A DNA stretch of 40,752 nt. Origin: an uncultured Anaerolinea sp. (GTDB lineage Bacteria; Chloroflexota; Anaerolineae; Anaerolineales; Villigracilaceae). The translations under genes and the position numbers were made by a program. The notes beneath the pieces were generated by a model. The model was given only the letters and a program-made list of their open reading frames with translations. It was not told where the DNA came from and made no database searches. The stretch is taken from NCBI GenBank assembly GCA_964419035.1, contig CAYQOF010000001.1, positions 1 to 40,752 on the forward strand, given 5' to 3'. Shown here in pieces: positions 1 to 7,400 of this stretch (its first letter is position 1; the number at the start of each line of letters is the position of its first letter).

Positions 1-338
1 AAATTCCCTGGCTGATGCGGTCCTCGCATTTGCTGTTCTCCGCGGAAGTGAATCCGCCCTGCCCGAATTCAGTGATCGAAGCGCTGGCTTGCGGACTGCC
101 CGTCATCGGTTTCGACACCGGTTCGCTTGCCGAACTCGTGCAGGGGGATGCCGGTCGCCTCGTCCCGTATGGCGCGAACCAATGGAAACTGGAGCCTCCC
201 GATAGCCCGGCGCTGGCGGATGTTGCGCAGGAAGTCCTGGAGAATAACGAACATTTCCGCAGGTCGGCGCGGGAACAAGCACGGAACGTTTTGAGTCTTG
301 ACAGGATGGTGGATGAATATTTGAAGACGCTATTGTGA
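1..338 (+). CDS. GT4 (Glycos_transf_1) glycosyltransferase, 5'-truncated by the window edge
   Basis: Frame is open from the window start (IPWLMRSS...). GT-B C-terminal motif PNSVIEALACGLPVIGFDTGSLAELV is present. Confidence 0.85.
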   Translation, partial: IPWLMRSSHLLFSAEVNPPCPNSVIEALACGLPVIGFDTGSLAELVQGDAGRLVPYGANQWKLEPPDSPALADVAQEVLENNEHFRRSAREQARNVLSLDRMVDEYLKTLL

Positions 339-385
339 TGCTTTGGTGATCGAGTAAAGCAACGCACGTTTGAAAAGGAGAAACC

Positions 386-817
386 ATGATGGACGAGGAA
401 ATCGTCACGTTCCTGAAAAAACATCTGCAGTCCATACAGGATAACGACACAAAAACCTACGCAGAGACCACAGCCGATGACCTGACGCTCTACGAATGGT
501 GGATCACCCCTCACCGCATTGACGGGTTGCCCTTCCACGAATTCATGATGCAATCGAACGCCGAGCGCGGCACGGTCTTCGGCGCGGAGGCAAAAGGGAA
601 AACGAGAACTCGATTCGATCTTTCCAATCTGCACATCCAACAATACGGCGACACAGCCATCGCAAGTTACACCCTGCTCATCAGCACGGCTTCCGCTGAG
701 GGCGTAAAAGTTGCATCGCACAACGAAAGCCGCGTGATGGTAAAACTCGACGGCGCGTGGAAGGTCGTCCACGTGCACAAATCGCCCGCCTGGCAGGCGC
801 CTCACATCCCATCATGA
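386..817 (+). CDS. NTF2-like/SnoaL-fold protein resembling the CaMKII association (hub) domain
   Basis: AAGGAG RBS upstream. Motifs DGLPFHEF, ESRV and DGAWKVVHVHKSP; the C-terminal W-x-(V/I)-x-H-x-H-x-S is typical of NTF2-like proteins. Confidence 0.8.
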   Translation: MMDEEIVTFLKKHLQSIQDNDTKTYAETTADDLTLYEWWITPHRIDGLPFHEFMMQSNAERGTVFGAEAKGKTRTRFDLSNLHIQQYGDTAIASYTLLISTASAEGVKVASHNESRVMVKLDGAWKVVHVHKSPAWQAPHIPS

Positions 818-1914
818 ACCGATTTCCCGGCAGACTTGCGGTTCAACAACGCGTGCTTCCTCAATACCGCGCGCCGTTCTTCGACCTGCTCGCCTCCGCA
901 TGCGATGGAGGGATGAGTTTGTTCGCAGGCTCGGCGCGCCCGGACGAAGGGGTCATCGCCGCGAAAGAACTGCATAATGCAAAATACGTTTACGGGAAAA
1001 ATATCCACTTCTTCAGGGATGTGGCCTATCTTTGTCATCAACGCGGGCTGGTCAACTGGCTCAGTGAATGGGATCCCGATGTGCTGATCGTCGAAGCCAA
1101 CCCGCGTTACCTCTCCACACCCTCTGCCGTGAGGTGGATGCAAAAACGCGATAGACCGGTCATCGGCTGGGGATTGGGCTTCCCGCCTCTTTCGGGACCG
1201 TTGGCTGGATTCCGCGAACGGAGAAGGATCGAATTCCTCAGGCAATTCGATGCCATGATCGCCTACAGTCAACGCGGCGCGGACGAATACGCCCAACAGG
1301 GATTTCCGCTGGATTACCTTTTCGTCGCGCACAATTCCGTGTCGCCGGTGCCGACGTGGCAAATGCCGCAACGTCCAATGACCTTCCATGAGAATAAACC
1401 CTGCGTCCTCTTCGTGGGTCGCCTGCAAGCGCGCAAGAACGTGGATTTGTTGCTGGGCGCCTGCGCTGAAATTCAAAATGTTCGGTTGATCATCGTCGGC
1501 GATGGGCCGGAGCGCGAGTCCCTTGAAATGCTGGCAGGAGAGATCTATCCGAGCGCGGAGTTTGTCGGAGCCAGGCATGGGGTGGAGTTAAAGCCGTATT
1601 TCACGGCGGCAGACCTCTTCGTCCTGCCCGGAACCGGCGGACTCGCCGTCCAGGAGGCGATGAGTTACGGGCTTCCGGTCATCGTCGCGCAGGGAGACGG
1701 CACTCAGGACGACCTCGTCCGCAAAGAGAACGGCTGGCAGATTCCCCCGGATGATTTCGAGGCGCTGGTCGCCACAATAAAAGACGCGCTGTCTGATGCA
1801 GCGCGCCTGCGAAGAATGGGCGGCGAATCGTATCGTATCGTGAAGGAGGAAATCAATATCGAAAAGATGGTCGAGACGTTCGTCGCGGCATTGAACCTGC
1901 TAACCGGCAAATGA
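814..1914 (+). CDS. GT4 glycosyltransferase
   Basis: ATG at 814 overlaps the upstream TGA (ATGA). Motifs LFVGRL..RKN, VGDGP and EAMSYGLPVI. Confidence 0.9.
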   Translation: MNRFPGRLAVQQRVLPQYRAPFFDLLASACDGGMSLFAGSARPDEGVIAAKELHNAKYVYGKNIHFFRDVAYLCHQRGLVNWLSEWDPDVLIVEANPRYLSTPSAVRWMQKRDRPVIGWGLGFPPLSGPLAGFRERRRIEFLRQFDAMIAYSQRGADEYAQQGFPLDYLFVAHNSVSPVPTWQMPQRPMTFHENKPCVLFVGRLQARKNVDLLLGACAEIQNVRLIIVGDGPERESLEMLAGEIYPSAEFVGARHGVELKPYFTAADLFVLPGTGGLAVQEAMSYGLPVIVAQGDGTQDDLVRKENGWQIPPDDFEALVATIKDALSDAARLRRMGGESYRIVKEEINIEKMVETFVAALNLLTGK

Positions 1915-2301
1915 GGTGACCGCATCCTCCATGTTGTTGTAGATCAGCAGGTTCTGCAAAAATCCCGTGATGTTCAGGATGTAATAGACTTTTGGATTCG
2001 GGCAGACCAGTTTGAAATAGGGGGATTTGTACGGCTGCTCGCCATGCTGACGAATGACCTCCAGATCACCGGGCGGTGTGAGCAGGTTGAAAATGGTGTG
2101 AATGGCGCGCAAGCCTGCGCTGGTGAGAATTTCCACGCCGGATAGATCGAGCAAAAGATGTTTCATGCCGTCTTCGCGTGACTGGTGGACACGGGCGAGC
2201 AGGTCCCGTTCGGTGTTTCCGTGCAAATGACCGCTCAAATGCAGGACGGTCACAGGTCCCGCGCCCTGAACTTGTGATGTGGTGATGATCAGTTCGCTCA
2301 T
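1900..2301 (-). CDS. STAS-domain anti-sigma-factor antagonist
   Basis: LLLDLSGVEILTSAGLR with the conserved Ser, ILNITGF near the C terminus, AAGGAG RBS. Confidence 0.85.
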   Translation of the reverse strand: MSELIITTSQVQGAGPVTVLHLSGHLHGNTERDLLARVHQSREDGMKHLLLDLSGVEILTSAGLRAIHTIFNLLTPPGDLEVIRQHGEQPYKSPYFKLVCPNPKVYYILNITGFLQNLLIYNNMEDAVTSFAG

Positions 2302-2424
2302 GCTGTGTCTCCTTCGGTGTCACTACTATACAATGTCCGGGGATAAAATGCAAGTCGAGAGGGGAACACGGCGAAGGCAAGCCCCGGGAATTGTGTTCAG
2401 GTCGGCGGGGATATTGTTCCACTC

Positions 2425-2433
2425 TGGTAAAAT
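2425..2433 (+). promoter_or_regulatory. Extended -10 (TGgTAAAAT) of gmk, likely leaderless
   Basis: TGGTAAAAT lies 6 nt before ATG 2440 and there is no Shine-Dalgarno sequence. Confidence 0.6.
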
Positions 2434-2439
2434 TCGTCC

Positions 2440-3069
2440 ATGCCATCCTCCCCCGATTCTGAATTCAACCTTCATAATCCGCAGCCTCTGCTCATCGTCA
2501 TCTCGGGTCCTTCGGGCGCAGGCAAGGATACCATCATGCAGCGTATGAAGGAACGCGGACTGCCATTCCACTTTGTAGTCACTGCCACCACGCGCCCGCA
2601 GCGCGCCAACGAAGTGCACGGGCGCGATTACCTGTTCGTTTCGATGGAGGAGTTCGCGCGCTTGATTGACGAGGATGAGTTGATCGAACACGCCATCGTC
2701 TACGGCGATTACAAGGGCATCCCCAAGAACCAGGTGCGCGAGGCGCTCGCCAGCGGCATGGACGTGGTGATGCGCCTCGATGTGCAGGGCGCGGAGACCG
2801 TCCGCAGACTTGCGCCGCAGGCGTTGTTGATCTTCATCACCACCGAGAGCGAGGAGGAACTGGTGCATCGTCTCGAAACCCGCAAGACCGAGACCGCCAA
2901 CTCGCTTGCCATCCGCATTGCCACCGCGCGCAAGGAACTCAAGCGCGTGGAGGCGTTCGATTACGTTGTCGTCAACCGCGATTTTCAACTGGACGAGACG
3001 GTGGATATCATCCGCGCCATTATTGACGCGGAACATCATCGTGTAAATCCGAGAAAGGTGACTTTGTGA
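2440..3069 (+). CDS. gmk: Guanylate kinase
   Basis: P-loop ISGPSGAGKDT, TTRPQRANEVHGRDYLF, YG-Y-G and DVQGA motifs. Confidence 0.95.
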   Translation: MPSSPDSEFNLHNPQPLLIVISGPSGAGKDTIMQRMKERGLPFHFVVTATTRPQRANEVHGRDYLFVSMEEFARLIDEDELIEHAIVYGDYKGIPKNQVREALASGMDVVMRLDVQGAETVRRLAPQALLIFITTESEEELVHRLETRKTETANSLAIRIATARKELKRVEAFDYVVVNRDFQLDETVDIIRAIIDAEHHRVNPRKVTL

Positions 3070-3845
3070 ATTACAACCCGCCTCCCCCTGCGCCCGAACC
3101 TTTCGACTCTGCCCGGGACAGGTCACTTCCCCCCCAGCAGGTTGTTCGTGTGGCTGTCCCCGCCTCTGCTCCCTACGTGACGTATACGATCATTGCCGTC
3201 ACGGTCATCGTTTATATTCTGCAACTGACGACACAATCGCTCTTTCAGGTTGATCTTCCGGTTGCGTTCTTTGTCAAGGCAAATGAGTTGATCCGCGAGG
3301 GGCAACTCTGGAGGCTGGTGACGCCCGCCCTAGTGCATGGGTCCATCGCGCACATCGGTTTCAACATGTATGCGCTCTTCATCTTTGGAACGGGACTCGA
3401 ACGTCACTTCGGTCACGGACGGTTTTTCCTGCTTTACATGCTCGGCGCGTTCACGGGCAACGTCCTGTCCTTCCTGCTTTCGAGCGGATATTCGGTGGGC
3501 GCGTCCACCGCGGTCTTCGGGTTGATCGGCGCGGAGGGAGTCTTTCTGTACCAGAACCGGAAGTTCTTCACAGGGCAGTTCGGCGATGCCATCCGGAATA
3601 TCGTCTTCATCGTGGCGATCAATCTTTTCTTCGGCTTGCAGCCCGGCATTGACAACTGGGGACATGTCGGCGGTCTGTTCGGCGGGTTGATCTTCACGTG
3701 GTTTGCGGGTCCCTTGTGGGAGATCGAGGGCATCCAGCCGATGCTCCAGGTTGTGGACCAGCGCTCCTCGCGCGAGGTCATCATCGGCGCGGCGACGGTG
3801 CTGTTGATTTTCGGTAGTCTGGCAATGTGGGGAATGATTAGATAA
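3066..3845 (+). CDS. Rhomboid family intramembrane serine protease
   Basis: WRLVT..LVH, HIGFNM, catalytic GAS and H (NWGHVGG). GTGA overlap with gmk. Confidence 0.93.
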   Translation: MNYNPPPPAPEPFDSARDRSLPPQQVVRVAVPASAPYVTYTIIAVTVIVYILQLTTQSLFQVDLPVAFFVKANELIREGQLWRLVTPALVHGSIAHIGFNMYALFIFGTGLERHFGHGRFFLLYMLGAFTGNVLSFLLSSGYSVGASTAVFGLIGAEGVFLYQNRKFFTGQFGDAIRNIVFIVAINLFFGLQPGIDNWGHVGGLFGGLIFTWFAGPLWEIEGIQPMLQVVDQRSSREVIIGAATVLLIFGSLAMWGMIR

Positions 3846-3893
3846 GAGTGGTTTTTGGGGATCGGAAATGGAGACACCACGAGGAGATTTCCC

Positions 3894-4472
3894 ATGTGGA
3901 CGACGATTCAAATCGTATTGGGTCTGCTCGGTTTATTGCTGGCATTTAGCGGGAACAGGCTTTCAATGCCAATCCTCTTATATGCGGGCGTTGTGTGTTT
4001 TGGATTAGCCTCAATCGCAATCGGCTGGGAAGCCATCGTGACGCGGCACATTGTAATCGGAAGTCGTCATAGAGGGACAAGCGAGACCTATACAGGCATC
4101 GCGGCAATGGCGCAGGGATTCCAATTCAATTCGATCGGCTTGTTCCTCATCGGGATCGCGGTCGCAATGTATTTCAACGCAGGAGACAGTATCTTCCAAT
4201 CCATGGTCCGCCGCCCGGGTCTGCCGTTGGTCGTCATTGGAATTGTCTGCCTGATGCAATCGGTGATCTTCTTCTCCGGCTTCCGCGAACTTGGGGAGGG
4301 GACGGGCTGGATCGTGACCCTGAACCTGCTTGTTTCGCGCATGTTGCCGGGCTTGATCCTGCTGGTCATCGGTCTAGGCGCGATGGGATTCGGCTTGTTC
4401 GAGGTCGTCGCGCCGAACGCCTTCGATGAAATGGGCGGCGGGTTTTTGGAAGTGTTGTATGGGTTGAGGTGA
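3894..4472 (+). CDS. Hypothetical multi-pass membrane protein
   Basis: GAGGAG RBS before ATG 3894 and about 5 hydrophobic segments. No family recognised. Confidence 0.7.
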   Translation: MWTTIQIVLGLLGLLLAFSGNRLSMPILLYAGVVCFGLASIAIGWEAIVTRHIVIGSRHRGTSETYTGIAAMAQGFQFNSIGLFLIGIAVAMYFNAGDSIFQSMVRRPGLPLVVIGIVCLMQSVIFFSGFRELGEGTGWIVTLNLLVSRMLPGLILLVIGLGAMGFGLFEVVAPNAFDEMGGGFLEVLYGLR

Positions 4473-4476
4473 ACTG

Positions 4477-7400
4477 TTACGGTTTTATCTCGAACACCAT
4501 CCCCGCGCTCGTGCCCTGCACTTCGGGGAAGAAGGCTTGCCAGGCATGGGCGGGTAATACGCGATATTCTCCCGCCTGTAATGGGATGAGAGTGTAGGTC
4601 AACACATACGTTCCGGCGGGGAGATAATCGGCGGTGAAGAGGATGCTGTCATCGCGGATTTGCGGTTCGTTGAACAGCCACCAGCCCCAGCCATCCAGGA
4701 ACGGGTCCCGGTCATCGAATTGCATCTGCACGTCGGTCAAGTCTTTTCCAAGTTCGCTCGTTTTGAGGCTGCGATTCAATATCTCCATGCCGGCAGGGAT
4801 GAAGTCCTCGACCATGACGTAGTACGAGTCGTGAGGCAGGACAAGCGTCAGTTGGGCGGTGATCTTTTGATTGGGATCAAGCCGAAGCGAGGAAAGAGGC
4901 GTGCAGCGCGGCGCTTCGACTGCGGTCTGCGTTTCCGCTCCGCTGCGCTCAGACCTCCGCTCAGCGCGACAATCGTCATCCAGATAGGCTCGTTCGATCC
5001 TCATGCCCGCGTCCAGCGGTCTCACTTCCTCCACCGGGCGGTTGAGGCGCAGAACGGCGCGGTAGTAGAGTCTTCCAAGCCCATCTTCGCGTTGGATGGT
5101 GAGCAGGTTCGGCGAGGTGGGCGAGAGGAGATCGAGCGGCACGTGCGCATCGAGCGGCTTGATCTGAATGCCCGCCACATCGCCGCTAGTGAGCGGACCG
5201 CCATTGAGCGCGGCGTTGAACGCGAAATCGGCGCGCAGGTCGCCGAAGCCGATCATCGCCTCGTTGAGCGCAAGGATCGCCCAGGCATTATCGTGACCCA
5301 GGTTCCACAAGCCGCGCGTACTGCGATGCGCGGCGAGATAACGCACCGCGTCGAACACGACCTGATTCGCGGGATCGAGTTGCGCGAGCGCGTACACGAC
5401 CAGCGAGGTCGTGTAAATCGCGGAACCTCGCGTGAAGATGTTTTCGCGCGGCGTTTCCCAATGCGCGCTGGATGACGTGCGGATGGCAAGCGACTGGAGA
5501 TTGGAAATCAAGCCGCTGGTTCGTGAGTCTGCCGGGTTGATGTTTTTGAGCGTGAGCGTGAGCAAAGCAATGGACGATGGGCTCATCCGTTCGCGCGCGT
5601 TATACAACGCTTCCACGGTCTGTTGATCGGCGGCGAACATCTGGCTCAAGGCGAACTGGACGAACGCGCTATCTTCCAGTTCCCTGATTTCCGTGTTCGC
5701 ATTGATCGTCGCCTGCGATTCCTGCAAAAACTCCACTGCACGGGAAAGAGCATTCTCGTTCATTGGCGCGCCCGCCAGCCGGGCGCGTTGCAATCCAAAG
5801 AGAACGTAAGCGGAAATATATGGGTCGCTCTTTTCGCTGTTCCCCCACCAGCCCCAGCCGCCGTCCACGTTCTGTAAATTAAAAATCCTGCTCACGCCCG
5901 CGTTGAGGTTTGCCGCAACGCGCGCGTTCAATTGAGGATTCTCCTGGTTTGCATCTTTCAAAGCGCGCTGGACTTCGATGTTCGGGAGAAGATGCGAAAG
6001 GATGGCTTCCGCGCTCAGCGAGGTGTCGGGGACTTCCACCGCCTCCAGCGCAGATAACAGACTGCCAGCCAGCGAGGGGCTTAACTCCACATCCAAGCCT
6101 CCGCTCCCGGGCGCGAACGTGCGCGGGAGCGAGATCACCTCCTGCACGGAAGCCTCGCCGCGCAGTACCCCTCCCGTAACGAATGCCTGCGGAGACGTGT
6201 ATCGCAGGATGGGCAGTCTTCCCCACACGGGACGCGCCGAATCCTGCAATGACGGCGCGCGGGTGGTGACCACCGAGAAAACGAGATCAGCCGAATCAAC
6301 CAATCCCGCCGTGCCCCACCATTCGACGCGCCTGCGCCCGTTGGCGGGAATGTCGAAGATGCGCGTGGCATGATCCGGCTCGTCGAGAATGAAACCGTCG
6401 CTTTGCAAATTCACGCTCACACTGACCGCCCTCGGCGTGTTGTTGTTGACGATTGCCGCCATCAGCACATGATCGCCGCTCACCAGGAACCTCGGCGTTA
6501 CAGGCCGGATCAATAACTGCTTTGTGGAAACGATCTGCGTTTCAGCCTGACCGACCTTTGTATCCACGGTCAGCCCGCGCACATCCACCTGCCAGGTGGT
6601 GAGCGAATCAGGCAGGGTCATCGTCACCTGACCGTGTCCCTCCGAGTTGGTGATGAGCGACGGGTTCCAAAATGCGGTATCGGGGAAGTCCTCACGTATG
6701 ACCGCTGAAGCCTCGCCGCCTCCACCGCCCAATCCGCCAGGTTCGATGGCATTCCGACCGCCGTAGACCGCCAGCGAGAGACCGGTTTCGATGCCAAGCG
6801 GCTGGTTTTTGTAGAAGGCTGGGAGGATATCCTCTGCATTTGGCTCTGCCAGCGCCAGCACAGCCTGATCCACGACGGACAGGGAAAACTCGCCTGCAAC
6901 AGGCTGCCCTGCGTTATCTGTCACGAGCACATCGAACGTGACCTTTTCGCGCGGTCCCGCCTCGGCTGGGTTCGAGGTCACTTGCACATTCAACTCCTGC
7001 GCCTCGGGCGATACCGGAAGATTGACCAGTCCCTGCCTGAAATCGTTGCCCTGCCCCAGCGCGGTGACGCTCACGTACACGTTCGGCGCGTCGTCCTCCG
7101 TGATGGGCAACTCGTATTCGATTCCGCTTCCGCTCAGCGTGATGATTTCCGCTTTGGCGACGATGCCGCGTTCGACGGTCACAAGCGCGACCGAACTGAC
7201 GGCGAACGGGTTGGGAATGAAGACCCTGGCGGCGTCGCCGGCGCGATAGACATCGCGGTCCGCTGTGAGTTCGAGCCTTTGGTTGGGCAGGTCGGGCCAC
7301 GCGCCGCTCTCCGCGCCGCCAGCCCAGATCAGCGTCTGACTGCGCGCGCCGGAGCCTGATACGTCGAGCATGTACGTCCCCGCGTTCGGGGGGATGAACG

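Noticed and set aside
2326..3126. Long antisense ORFs (this one and others such as 802..1578, 7585..8508, 12481..13371, 18623..19510, 21404..22513, 28069..28971, 29162..30073)
   Set aside because: They are shadows of well-supported genes on the opposite strand, expected at high GC, and show no recognisable motifs.
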